Source: Minisyncoccota bacterium
GTDB taxonomy: Bacteria > Patescibacteriota > Minisyncoccia > Phycocordibacterales > UBA5272
Length of the DNA: 64,000 bases
NCBI GenBank assembly: GCA_041651055.1
Contig: JBAZJW010000002.1
Location: 26,980-90,979 of the forward strand
Direction: 5' to 3'
Shown here: positions 47,817 to 56,994 of the stretch, one piece after another
Layout: every line of letters begins with the position of its first letter
Position numbering within the stretch: the first letter of the stretch is position 1
Notes under the pieces: model-generated
The model's database searches: none
Told to the model about the DNA's origin: nothing
Seen by the model: the letters and a program-made list of their open reading frames with translations, nothing else
Program-made: the position numbers and the translations under genes

Positions 47817-48053
47817 ATGTTGGAACACGACCTACAGTTAGGCGAGTTGATAACTTGGGGTGATATCGTCTACGAGGTATTTAGCCTGTTCATGTGTACC
47901 GATGGCCCATTCTTGGCTAGGTTGCGTCGGCTAGATACGATGCAGATTACTCAAGGAGTTGTGCTTGTTGGTACGCTGGTTGGAAATAAGAAGGGGTACA
48001 CCAGGAAAAAGCAATCTATTGAATTGTTTGGAGATGAGTTTGCTGGGTGCTAA
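47817..48053 (+). CDS. Hypothetical protein
   Basis: ORF. Confidence 0.4.
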   Translation: MLEHDLQLGELITWGDIVYEVFSLFMCTDGPFLARLRRLDTMQITQGVVLVGTLVGNKKGYTRKKQSIELFGDEFAGC

Positions 48054-48454
48054 ATACACAGGAGACCGTGCGTAGAAAAATACACGCTATTGGAGTGAGA
48101 TGTACCATGAAAGACTTACAATGTCAAATGTACCATGATGGAGTACAATGTACAGGCACTCTCGTATACCTAGATAGATACAGTACCTGTCTTGGTACCG
48201 TAGAGGGACTAAACGGAAATCAAATAGCAGAGATATTTAGGTGTAGTGTATGCAAGGAATTGATCGTAAGACCGTACAGGTGGCATGTGGCTGGTGAACA
48301 GGACAAGCATGAGCTTAGAGATTTTATAAGTGGTAAGAATGGAATGAACTATTCAGTGTTGTTGACAGAAGATGAGTTGCTTTTGCTAGATGGTCATGCA
48401 TCTGAACGAGTACAAAAGATGATTGAATTCATAAAAGCGTGCACGGAGTATTAA
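48047..48454 (+). CDS. Hypothetical Cys-containing protein
   Basis: ORF. Confidence 0.45.
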   Translation: MLNTQETVRRKIHAIGVRCTMKDLQCQMYHDGVQCTGTLVYLDRYSTCLGTVEGLNGNQIAEIFRCSVCKELIVRPYRWHVAGEQDKHELRDFISGKNGMNYSVLLTEDELLLLDGHASERVQKMIEFIKACTEY

Positions 48455-48697
48455 ATGATAGTTGGTAATAAAAAGTATTTTCTTGAGTGTCTTAAATGCC
48501 ATACTAATTTTGAATGTAATGAGGAAAATTACAAAAAGTATACTGACGGATCTGGATTCAGCATTTTTTGCCCAGTGTGTAAACGTATGTATGCAGGAGG
48601 ATTGGTGGGTGTTTTAAATCTGGTTGGTGTGAAAATCAAAAAACACCATGAAACTAAACCCAGAAGTATACATATGTCTAAGTGGCTGCTGCTGTAA
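48455..48697 (+). CDS. Zinc-ribbon small protein
   Basis: CLKCH...CPVCKR. Confidence 0.4.
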   Translation: MIVGNKKYFLECLKCHTNFECNEENYKKYTDGSGFSIFCPVCKRMYAGGLVGVLNLVGVKIKKHHETKPRSIHMSKWLLL

Positions 48698-48709
48698 GGA
48701 GGTGCAATA

Positions 48710-48985
48710 ATGGCACTGATAGTTATTGGATCAATCTTCGGGGTCCTTACCGCTACTACAATATTTCTTATCATTCGAGGATTGAAATATACTGACGAAA
48801 CAAAGGTGGCTGCACATATTGTTCCTGCTTTGTTTACTGGATTGGCTGCCCTTACCGTACTGGTTTGGTTTTTTATAGAATTGAACAGTTGTCTAGCTTG
48901 TATATACGGACACTGGGAAGAACGAAATATAAGATGGGGTTACTACTCTGGCTGTCAAGTTGTAAATGTGCGGGTAGAAAAATAG
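48710..48985 (+). CDS. Membrane protein
   Basis: Two hydrophobic helices. Confidence 0.4.
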   Translation: MALIVIGSIFGVLTATTIFLIIRGLKYTDETKVAAHIVPALFTGLAALTVLVWFFIELNSCLACIYGHWEERNIRWGYYSGCQVVNVRVEK

Positions 48986-48986
48986 A

Positions 48987-49412
48987 ATGAAAACCCACAA
49001 ATGGGCAGAAATAAAGACCAGAAAGTTCTCTAAGAAAAAGATTTATGATCTAGACAAGCGGATAAATAAGATAAATCAGAAGTTATATGAAACGGAAATG
49101 AAAGAAGCAAAACAGTGTGCAGCAGATGGTTGCAGGAAAAAGTCCAGCGCAAGTGTGGCCGAGATTGTCATTAACCACAACTGGGTACGTATTGCTGGAT
49201 TGTGTTCAGAACATTTCGCGCAGAGACTAAGAGAGCTGGCCGATAAAGCAGAGAGACTGGTGAAATGCCCGTATTGTGATGGTACCAAATGGACTACTGC
49301 TACTGATGGCATTCATGCTATGTCTTTCAAGTGTGTTTGTCCAGAGTGTGTCGGATACGGAAAAGTTACAAGAGGTAGAGCACATGATATCAGAAAAGGC
49401 ATGAGCAAATGA
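48987..49412 (+). CDS. Zinc-binding protein with CPECVGYGKV knuckle
   Basis: ORF; paralogous C-terminus to the 45974 gene. Confidence 0.45.
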   Translation: MKTHKWAEIKTRKFSKKKIYDLDKRINKINQKLYETEMKEAKQCAADGCRKKSSASVAEIVINHNWVRIAGLCSEHFAQRLRELADKAERLVKCPYCDGTKWTTATDGIHAMSFKCVCPECVGYGKVTRGRAHDIRKGMSK

Positions 49413-49798
49413 AATGTTCAGCCACATTGCGTTTGGGTGACGATTATGGGGACAACACTAGTACCTTCCGATGCCAATTAGAGGAAGGACACCAAGGACC
49501 GCACCAAGAAGTATTTAAACATACTGGTGTTAGCGGTAAGGAAGGAAAGGTGGTAGTGACTTGGGAAGAAGACGAGGGTGAAGAATTTTATTTCAAGGAT
49601 CGTTTTTTCTCTGATGAACTAAAAAGAACGTGTAAGAGACTGGACGGTCTTACTACAGAGGAACAAGACACTGCAGCTATGCGTTTGTTTGAAGATGAAG
49701 AGTTTACCAAAGAGGAAATAGCCAAGTGCGCTTCTTGTGAACTATTTTCAAGATGCCAAGATAGGATAGAACCGGAGAAAGTAGAAGATGGACTCTAG
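49409..49798 (+). CDS. Hypothetical protein
   Basis: ORF. Confidence 0.45.
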   Translation: MKCSATLRLGDDYGDNTSTFRCQLEEGHQGPHQEVFKHTGVSGKEGKVVVTWEEDEGEEFYFKDRFFSDELKRTCKRLDGLTTEEQDTAAMRLFEDEEFTKEEIAKCASCELFSRCQDRIEPEKVEDGL

Positions 49799-49997
49799 TA
49801 CATTTCGTCCTTGCAAAATGTGTATGGAACACACCTGTAAATGGTGGAGAATTACACCGGAATCTGACAACCTAACTACGTACATGTATCCTGCCAGGTT
49901 CTATGTAGCTGATAGTAATGGTAAACTTAAGGAGATCGTTTCTCCTGGGTACTGTACCAGGAAAGGGTCACCACTTTGTTTTGAGAAGGGTGCATGA
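49788..49997 (+). CDS. Hypothetical small Cys protein
   Basis: ORF. Confidence 0.35.
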   Translation: MDSSTFRPCKMCMEHTCKWWRITPESDNLTTYMYPARFYVADSNGKLKEIVSPGYCTRKGSPLCFEKGA

Positions 49998-50269
49998 TCA
50001 TGTACAGGGTGTCTGAATGCCCAGAAGACGAAGTAAGATTGCAAAGCGGTGCTATAGTACATCCGCTAGTCACATTCACTACAGATTCGGGACATCCAGC
50101 AGCACATATCATTCAAGACAGCGGATGTTATGTACTGTTGTTGGACCGTGATGACTATTGTATACTTACACCGTGGTGGTTTCCCGAGGCTGTGGCTGCA
50201 GTAAGAATGCTTCCGATGCCCACAAAGGACAACACGTTTTATGATTATGTGGAGAGGGACCATGAGTGA
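49994..50269 (+). CDS. Hypothetical protein
   Basis: ORF. Confidence 0.4.
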   Translation: MIMYRVSECPEDEVRLQSGAIVHPLVTFTTDSGHPAAHIIQDSGCYVLLLDRDDYCILTPWWFPEAVAAVRMLPMPTKDNTFYDYVERDHE

Positions 50270-51257
50270 TGATCTTGAAGAGTTTGGTACCGAAGTGGGT
50301 GATGATTCTAAGCCTGATAGTGAGAAAGAGCTTAGACCAAAGCTTACTAAGGCGGAACCAGGAGATGCGATGGTTCCGGACGCATCTTCAGGCGAATTTA
50401 GATACGAACAATGGTCGATAGGTGGGAATGGTTGCTTTTTTGGTGCAGGAACAACCGTAGAAATACTACCGCCAGGAATGTATAAAGCATGTATGAGTGA
50501 ATCTGGGCCGTACGTAGAAAGGATGGACATAAAGATAGATGATCTTATGGAGGCACCAGATGGGTTGTCAAAACAAGTTTTTGATGAGATACAACTATTT
50601 TGGACCAAGGAAGAGGTGTTCAGGCATTATGGTTTCTTGCACAGACGTGGGTATCTTTTGTTTGGACCAGCCGGGAGTGGTAAAACTGCTTTAGTGCAGC
50701 TTATTTGTCATAGAGTGGTCAGTGAGGGAGACATAGTTTTGATGTGTGAAAATCCTGGTCCTTTACAACGAGTACTCAAGATGCTAAGAAGTATAGAATC
50801 AAACAGGCGTGTAGTGTGTGTCTTTGAAGATATAGATGCCATTGTTAGTAATTATGGAGATTCGAAGATATTGTCCATACTTGACGGAGAGGATCAAATC
50901 AATAGGGTATTGAATATTGCTACCACCAATTATCCAGAAAGACTAGATAGGCGCATCGTGGCTCGTCCAAGGCGGTTTGATAGAGTGATGAAGATTGGTG
51001 CCCCGTCTGCACAAACCAGGTATTTATACTTGAAGAAGAAGTTGAGTATAGGAAAAGATGAATTAGACACTTGGGTTGAAAAAACAGAGGGACTGTCTTT
51101 TGCATCTATGGCAGAGCTAGTAATCAGTGTAAAGTGCCTGGATCATGACTTTGATAGTACCGTGGAGCTGTTGCGTAAGATGGCAAAGGGTAAGTCTTCG
51201 AGTGAAGACTACGCAAATAACCACATAGGTATTTGCCCTAGCGTGGCGCAGAAATAA
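50262..51257 (+). CDS. AAA+ ATPase (classic clade)
   Basis: Walker A LLFGPAGSGKTAL, Walker B VVCVFEDIDA, sensor-1 ATTN, arginine finger ARPRRFDRV. Confidence 0.7.
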   Translation: MSDDLEEFGTEVGDDSKPDSEKELRPKLTKAEPGDAMVPDASSGEFRYEQWSIGGNGCFFGAGTTVEILPPGMYKACMSESGPYVERMDIKIDDLMEAPDGLSKQVFDEIQLFWTKEEVFRHYGFLHRRGYLLFGPAGSGKTALVQLICHRVVSEGDIVLMCENPGPLQRVLKMLRSIESNRRVVCVFEDIDAIVSNYGDSKILSILDGEDQINRVLNIATTNYPERLDRRIVARPRRFDRVMKIGAPSAQTRYLYLKKKLSIGKDELDTWVEKTEGLSFASMAELVISVKCLDHDFDSTVELLRKMAKGKSSSEDYANNHIGICPSVAQK

Positions 51258-51258
51258 A

Positions 51259-51486
51259 TTGAGCAACAAAAAGAAAAAGACGATTATAATGGTGGCTGCG
51301 TCTAAGGATGCAGATCTTCCAGCTAATTTGGTATTGAAAAAGGTTTGTGATGAATTTGGCGGTAAAAGTGGAGGAAGAGCCGATTTTGCTCAGGGTGGTG
51401 GTGTGGACCCCGAAAAGTTCAATGTGGAGCGGATTTATGAGATCATAGAAGAGATACTTAGAAATAAACACAAAGGAGACAAATAA
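51259..51486 (+). CDS. Small protein resembling the C-terminal end of alanyl-tRNA synthetase / AlaX
   Basis: GGKSGGRADFAQGGG is reminiscent of the AlaRS C-terminal GGKGGGRPDMAQAGG block. Confidence 0.35.
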   Translation: MSNKKKKTIIMVAASKDADLPANLVLKKVCDEFGGKSGGRADFAQGGGVDPEKFNVERIYEIIEEILRNKHKGDK

Positions 51487-51803
51487 TGGCCGGTAGAAGG
51501 ATGGATTGTGGACACAACGAGGATGCCGTTATTTGGGACGTCGCTTTGAAGAAGACCGTGTGCAGTTCTTGCAATGCAGAAGCGGTAAATGCCTCGTTCC
51601 TTGCACGCCTATTGGATTCACAACAAAATGAAGCAGCATTTAAAACGATACACGAAACGTTCAAGGAGAGGCCGTCAGAGGAGTATATGCGTGAAGCCAT
51701 GAAAACTTATAAGAACATGCACTCAAGCGATCCTGATCATATGCAGGGGTTCATTAAGTTGATGGAAATGGCCCTGCAAGTATATAATACCAAAGGAGAG
51801 TGA
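51486..51803 (+). CDS. Hypothetical protein
   Basis: ORF. Confidence 0.4.
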   Translation: MAGRRMDCGHNEDAVIWDVALKKTVCSSCNAEAVNASFLARLLDSQQNEAAFKTIHETFKERPSEEYMREAMKTYKNMHSSDPDHMQGFIKLMEMALQVYNTKGE

Positions 51804-51806
51804 CAA

Positions 51807-52004
51807 ATGTTTATAAAAACTGGTGATGCTATGGAAGTGCAGAAGGTGTTATGCGAGTGTGGGGGAGAAATTGACGAGAGCACCAAGAAGTGTAAAAAGT
51901 GTGGTAAGGACTATAACGAAAAGAAGGCAGATTTGGTTAAGCATTCCGATGAGCATGGGTATCCCGCGTCATGTGGGTGTACTACATCATGGGGAGGTGC
52001 ATAG
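51807..52004 (+). CDS. Zinc-ribbon small protein
   Basis: CECGG...CKKCGK. Confidence 0.35.
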   Translation: MFIKTGDAMEVQKVLCECGGEIDESTKKCKKCGKDYNEKKADLVKHSDEHGYPASCGCTTSWGGA

Positions 52005-52054
52005 ATAAAATACTGTAAGAGTGGTGGTGTTAGGAACAAACTCGAAAAAGGAGA

Positions 52055-52309
52055 ATGAACGTGGCAGAAGAAGTGAAGGAAACTGTGACCGAGACTGCAG
52101 AGACCTGTTGCAAGAAGGTGCTAACCCTCAAGTCTGAGGCTTTGCACGGTATGGCGAAGTTGATGGATGCCATCTATGCAGATGACGAACCGGCCGCTAA
52201 GGGCACCAAGGCTGCGCTGCGCCGAATCCGTGTGTCTATCATGGAGATGGTGCACCTGGCCAAGACAGCCCGCAAGGACGTCCTGGAGCTGATGAAGTCG
52301 GGCAAGTGA
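52055..52309 (+). CDS. Hypothetical GC-rich small protein
   Basis: RBS aaaaggaga. Confidence 0.45.
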   Translation: MNVAEEVKETVTETAETCCKKVLTLKSEALHGMAKLMDAIYADDEPAAKGTKAALRRIRVSIMEMVHLAKTARKDVLELMKSGK

Positions 52310-52319
52310 TGTCGCCGCA

Positions 52320-52361
52320 ATGTGCCCGGTGTTGGTAATAGTGCTGGCACCGGGCACATTC
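52320..52361 (+). other. Perfect 13-bp inverted repeat (AATGTGCCCGGTG-N16-CACCGGGCACATT) with no downstream U-tract
   Basis: Read directly from the sequence. Confidence 0.6.
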
Positions 52362-52412
52362 GTGTAAGGAAGGTAGCAAACATGCTACATATTTATTTAA
52401 AGAAGGAAGAAA

Positions 52413-52601
52413 ATGAGTACGCAGTTTCAAAAAGATAAGTGGGTTCTGTGGGAAGCAATAAATAAATATGCACAGTCCAGTGGTAATGACAAGTACCTGG
52501 CGGAAGAAATAGAAAGACTTATAAAATCTTTGGCAGAAAATTTGTATACGCACACTGCGGAGAAGTTCTACGAATTTTATGGTATGCCCGTAGGTGGATG
52601 A
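52413..52601 (+). CDS. Hypothetical small protein
   Basis: ORF. Confidence 0.35.
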   Translation: MSTQFQKDKWVLWEAINKYAQSSGNDKYLAEEIERLIKSLAENLYTHTAEKFYEFYGMPVGG

Positions 52602-52942
52602 CGTATCCCCACCAGGAAGATCGTATGATTCAATCATCGTTAAAATATGAAGCTCATGGATGTTCTACGTCCATGCCAGATGGGCACAATAATGACAGTA
52701 ACGTTACTTACACAGCAGTGTACGTTAACAATGAACCAGATGACTGCGCAAAAGAAGATGAATTCGAAGGGATGTTGTTTAGTGCGTGGGAGTCAAACTA
52801 TTGGTGGCGCGATTGTGCCAAGGATGATTGTTTTTCTGTAGAAATGCCTGTACTACCCTTAATTGAAAAGAAAGTGTGGACCTTCAATCATAGCGGAGTT
52901 AGACCGTGGACAGGAAAAAACTTTCACAAAAGCGTACATTGA
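52598..52942 (+). CDS. Hypothetical protein
   Basis: ORF. Confidence 0.4.
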   Translation: MTYPHQEDRMIQSSLKYEAHGCSTSMPDGHNNDSNVTYTAVYVNNEPDDCAKEDEFEGMLFSAWESNYWWRDCAKDDCFSVEMPVLPLIEKKVWTFNHSGVRPWTGKNFHKSVH

Positions 52943-52966
52943 CCAGCGGCTTTTTCGCAGTATAAT
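52939..52966 (+). promoter_or_regulatory. Sigma70-like promoter TTGACC-N16-TATAAT
   Basis: The -10 ends 6 nt before ATG 52973, so the transcript may be leaderless. Confidence 0.5.
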
Positions 52967-52972
52967 ACACAC

Positions 52973-53428
52973 ATGAACATACTCTTCTTAGACTTTGACG
53001 GCGTGTTTATCTGCTGTGCCGGTCCCTCTGCACGATTGCCTTATCCTCCTGCTGTAGATGCACTGAACGATTTAATCAAGCGTACCAATTCTCAAGTGGT
53101 GGTGTCTTCTGCATGGCGCATTGGCTGGACCATTGAGAAGCTGCAGCAGACCTTAGATGAGTTTGGTGTGTGGTGTAAGGTAATCGGAAAAACATGCAAT
53201 ACTACATACGATCATGATAGCAATAAACAAAGCACTAGGGGCGAGGAGATTGCTGAGTGGTTGGGTGAGTGCGGCTTTGGGCACCGTGTGACAGATTTTG
53301 TCGTTGTCGATGACGAGACTTGTGACATGACCAACTTACCACAAGACAAGATCTTATATGTTGAAGACGGTTGGTTTAACAAAGGGCTGACTCAAGAGAT
53401 GGTGGACAAGTTTCTAGAAAGGAAGTAA
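52973..53428 (+). CDS. HAD-superfamily phosphatase
   Basis: Motif I FLDFDGV, motif II VVVSSAW, motif IV DFVVVDDE. Confidence 0.6.
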   Translation: MNILFLDFDGVFICCAGPSARLPYPPAVDALNDLIKRTNSQVVVSSAWRIGWTIEKLQQTLDEFGVWCKVIGKTCNTTYDHDSNKQSTRGEEIAEWLGECGFGHRVTDFVVVDDETCDMTNLPQDKILYVEDGWFNKGLTQEMVDKFLERK

Positions 53429-53433
53429 AGGAA

Positions 53434-53640
53434 ATGCATAAAAGATATCATGATTATATTGAAGCGCTGTCAATCTTCATGAAGTATGATCCGGACGGTA
53501 CATGCGTATTGTGCGCCGAACACGATGTTATATATGCACTTGTAGATACTAAAAAAATCTCTGCACAAGATCTCAATAAGCTGAAGGAACTTGGATGGTG
53601 TATAACTAATGATGGTAAAAGTTTTTATACGTACACATAA
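53434..53640 (+). CDS. Small protein, paralog of the 13942 gene
   Basis: See the 13942 entry. Confidence 0.45.
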   Translation: MHKRYHDYIEALSIFMKYDPDGTCVLCAEHDVIYALVDTKKISAQDLNKLKELGWCITNDGKSFYTYT

Positions 53641-53769
53641 CAAGGAGATCTTTCCATAAAAACTAAAGCGTGCTTTGTAAGACACCTCGTGTCCAGAGTA
53701 CATGGAAGGATCGCGTTTTGAACTCATGCGCTGGGCAGCAGGCAGTGGATGGATGCGTGGGAGAGCAAA

Positions 53770-53964
53770 ATGAAAGAGATTAACAAGCAGGTAATGCGAG
53801 TAGACTGCTCTCCGCTGAACCCGAAGCAGTGGTGCCTGACGCTGGAGTGTGGGCATGAGATGTGGGTGACCAGCAAGCGGCGTCCGACTAGAAGGAAAGT
53901 TGTTTGCGTCGAGTGCAAAATGCAGTACGGGAACATTGCGCCCAAGGAGGAGGTGGAGGGATGA
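53770..53964 (+). CDS. Small zinc-ribbon protein, paralog of the 46441 gene
   Basis: PLNPKQWCLTLECGHEMWVTSKRRP. Confidence 0.45.
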   Translation: MKEINKQVMRVDCSPLNPKQWCLTLECGHEMWVTSKRRPTRRKVVCVECKMQYGNIAPKEEVEG

Positions 53965-54164
53965 GCGATACCGTTGACGAAGGAACGATCCAGGATCTCC
54001 AGTGCTACATCATTACCCTGGAGTCCGAGTTACGTAGCATCAAGAAAGCGGCTGAGTTATTTTATGCAAGCCACACCCACGGAAACGTAATCTGTGCTGT
54101 GTGCGAGGCAGTAAAGCAGGTAATGGCATTGCTCCAGATGGTAAAAAGTTGTAATACACCATGA
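53961..54164 (+). CDS. Hypothetical small protein
   Basis: RBS ggaggtggaggg. Confidence 0.4.
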   Translation: MSDTVDEGTIQDLQCYIITLESELRSIKKAAELFYASHTHGNVICAVCEAVKQVMALLQMVKSCNTP

Positions 54165-54177
54165 AAGTGAGTGACTT

Positions 54178-54414
54178 GTGAGAACTAAGACTAAGAAGAA
54201 CACTGTTGAAGCCAGGCTTGATCGTCTAGAACAAATCGCACAGTTGGTGCTCAAACATATCAGCGCAGCGGGTGACAGAAACCGAATTTACGCCAACAAG
54301 AAGATGGCAATGCAGGCTGATGCTGAGGCAGATCGCTTGTGGTGCATGCAGGCACAGGAAAATCAAACGGTGGCGATCAAATTTCTACAAGAAATGGAGA
54401 GGAACAAGTCATGA
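54178..54414 (+). CDS. Hypothetical protein
   Basis: GTG start. Confidence 0.4.
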   Translation: MRTKTKKNTVEARLDRLEQIAQLVLKHISAAGDRNRIYANKKMAMQADAEADRLWCMQAQENQTVAIKFLQEMERNKS

Positions 54415-54518
54415 GAGCCCGTGCGATGCGTTATCAGAAGGCCCAAGAGAAGAGACAGGCGCGTAATAAGAAGAAGCGCGCTGCTACCAGACGTTTCCAA
54501 AATGCTAAGGCGCACTGA
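54411..54518 (+). CDS. Candidate 35-aa highly basic micro-protein (MRARAMRYQKAQEKRQARNKKKRAATRRFQNAKAH)
   Basis: ATGA overlap with the upstream stop (translational coupling). Confidence 0.3.
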   Translation: MRARAMRYQKAQEKRQARNKKKRAATRRFQNAKAH

Positions 54519-54624
54519 GTAGTTGATTTGTCTCTTTATTTTCCTTTTCACTAAACACACCTTAAATTCCTTATCTTAGAAAGTAATATACTTGTCCTTG
54601 GTGTAATAACCAAGGAGCGAGTAA

Positions 54625-55485
54625 ATGTTTTTTAAAACTGCCTCTATTCCCATCATAGCCTTATTCGAAACCAACGGCAAATTCCACAAACTGGCATCAC
54701 AGAACGATGACTTGCCTGGGCATGCCCTTGATAAAATTAAGGGCAAGTTGAACATGTTTGATAAGGACATGCTCAAAGCTATAGCTAAAGTATATAATAT
54801 CTCCGACAAAATTTCTGATTATGTATTTCCTGTTCCGCGTGCTGTAACTGCTAATATACCCAACGGCAACCGAGATAGATTTACTGATGGTGAGTTATTG
54901 CGTTTTGCTGAACTACATAAGTGTCGGGTTTATGAGACTTTCCGCAATGATCCTATCCACATTGAGCACAATGCTGCTGACCCGCGCACTGCTCGTGGGT
55001 TTATACCTGATGCAGCCTACAATAAGTATAACCACAAAGATCAACATGTGTTGACCATCGCTGCTATAGACACTAAGAAAGACATACCTTTTGCACAGGG
55101 CATAATCAGTGGTGAGATAAACAAGTTTTCGATGGGCTGTATATGTGATTCAGTGAAATGCGGAAAGTGTGGGAAGGTGGCCAGTTCTGAGGAAGATCTG
55201 TGTGACTGTTTGAAGCATGATAAGATGTCTACTTACAGTGACTGTTTGGGTGTGGAGTTCAAAGAGTTGTCTGGTGTGGATAACCCAGCCGATGAGACTG
55301 CCACCACTCAATATATGTTGATGGCAGCCAGTCTAAGAAAGATGGGCGTACAGGCAAAGGAACAAGCAAAGATTGTAAACCAGATTTTGAATCGTGGCGA
55401 ACAAGTACAGTTAGCTAGGTACATCAAAGCAAACATAAATACTTTGCCTGAATCATTCTTGAAACTAGTTCAAACTATAATGTAG
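54625..55485 (+). CDS. Candidate prohead protease (assigned by synteny only)
   Basis: RBS aaggagcgag; lies immediately upstream of the scaffold-like and capsid-like genes. Confidence 0.4.
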   Translation: MFFKTASIPIIALFETNGKFHKLASQNDDLPGHALDKIKGKLNMFDKDMLKAIAKVYNISDKISDYVFPVPRAVTANIPNGNRDRFTDGELLRFAELHKCRVYETFRNDPIHIEHNAADPRTARGFIPDAAYNKYNHKDQHVLTIAAIDTKKDIPFAQGIISGEINKFSMGCICDSVKCGKCGKVASSEEDLCDCLKHDKMSTYSDCLGVEFKELSGVDNPADETATTQYMLMAASLRKMGVQAKEQAKIVNQILNRGEQVQLARYIKANINTLPESFLKLVQTIM

Positions 55486-55555
55486 GTTATACAAACAAAA
55501 ATTAATAACACATACGGCATAATATAGTATGCTGTAGAAACAGGAGAGCAAAAAC

Positions 55556-56959
55556 ATGGCAGGTTTGAGAACGAAGACTTTGGAAAAGGTGAACGGTTTT
55601 TTGAAGAAGGCTCAAAAGGAAGAAGAGCCAAAAGACGAAACTGAGGAAGCTCCTGAGCCTGAAGGTGGCGAAGAGGTCGAGGAAGAGTCTGAAGGTGAAG
55701 AAGCGGGTGACGAAGAGGTGCCCGCTGAAGGCGAAGAGGCTACCGAGGAAGAAGAGGCTGAGGAGCCAGAAGAGAAGACCGTTGAAGAGAAGGTCGATGA
55801 TTTAACCGATAAGGTTGACAGTTTGGCTGATGCAGTCAACCAGTTGCTTGGACTTGAAGAGAAAGAGCATGAGTTAGAGGAAACGGAACAGGGTGTTGAA
55901 GACGATTTTTCAGAGTACGTGGAAATGGTTGATGATGAAAACGCTGAAGAGCTGTCCGAGGAAGAGTTTGGAATGTCCCCGGATCAGTTTGTAACCTCTT
56001 CTGATAAGGGGAAGGAGCGAGGAATGACCCTAAGACAGAAGCGGCTAGCCCGCATGAAGATCTACAAGAAGTCCACTACTCTTGCCGATGAATTTGCTCT
56101 GGACAAGAGTTTGAAGAATAAGAAGGACCTGACTGGTACGCCAGTGGTTAATTACACTGACAAGTTGGTGAAGGTCCCTCCGACTCCGGACATGCTGAAA
56201 GTAGCAGAGCTTTCTCTGGAGTCTGATGATGCCAACACCAAGTGGACCGTGATGGATAAGCGCGGTCGTGCTCTGTACACCATTGCTCGTGGCACCATTA
56301 ACCCGAAAGAGTTTAGTGACGCTGAGTTTGCGCGTGGCGTAATTCGCGACATGCACAAGATGGGTGTGAAAGAGGCACTGAAAAAGTACGGCGCTAAGCC
56401 CTGGGAAGATGAAGAAGACAAGAAGGACGAAGATAAGAAAGATGAGAAGGAAGCTAAGGCCAGTCTGAAGCAGATCGCTTCTGATTATCACCGCAAGTTT
56501 GCCCGTGCCATGCGGCTGGTGATTGCAGCCATGAACAAGAACATGATTAGGCCCATTCCGCTGAAGGGTGCCTTGATTGAGATCATGGCTAAGATGGGTG
56601 TTGAGCAGCCAATTACCATCATTGAAGCTGCATTCAAGTCCGCTGCTGATAAACACTTTGAAGTGGCGCTGGCTAATGCCGAGAAGCTTATGGACATGTC
56701 TGATGAGGCGTTTGTGGAATACGAGGCGCTGGTGCATGGTGGTGATGTGGCTCCAGTAGCCAGCCCTGAGCAAGAGGCTGAGATCGTAGCTACTGCCAAT
56801 CTGTCAGAAAAGGCGCTAGACCTGCGTAGGCAGGCTGCAAAAGGGTCTGTTGATGTTTCTTCTGCTTCAGAGGAAGACGTTGACAGCTTTGACCAAAGAC
56901 TGGCAGCGGTCGTGCCCAAGCCGCTGACTTGGAAACTGGCTCTTAGAGCCAGGAAGTAA
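55556..56959 (+). CDS. Acidic coiled-coil scaffold-like protein
   Basis: N-terminal poly-Glu/Asp region; helical; sits between the protease-like and capsid-like genes. Confidence 0.55.
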   Translation: MAGLRTKTLEKVNGFLKKAQKEEEPKDETEEAPEPEGGEEVEEESEGEEAGDEEVPAEGEEATEEEEAEEPEEKTVEEKVDDLTDKVDSLADAVNQLLGLEEKEHELEETEQGVEDDFSEYVEMVDDENAEELSEEEFGMSPDQFVTSSDKGKERGMTLRQKRLARMKIYKKSTTLADEFALDKSLKNKKDLTGTPVVNYTDKLVKVPPTPDMLKVAELSLESDDANTKWTVMDKRGRALYTIARGTINPKEFSDAEFARGVIRDMHKMGVKEALKKYGAKPWEDEEDKKDEDKKDEKEAKASLKQIASDYHRKFARAMRLVIAAMNKNMIRPIPLKGALIEIMAKMGVEQPITIIEAAFKSAADKHFEVALANAEKLMDMSDEAFVEYEALVHGGDVAPVASPEQEAEIVATANLSEKALDLRRQAAKGSVDVSSASEEDVDSFDQRLAAVVPKPLTWKLALRARK

Positions 56960-56994
56960 CGGGCAACTAGGTAATCCTAGAAAGGGGTGTCGAG

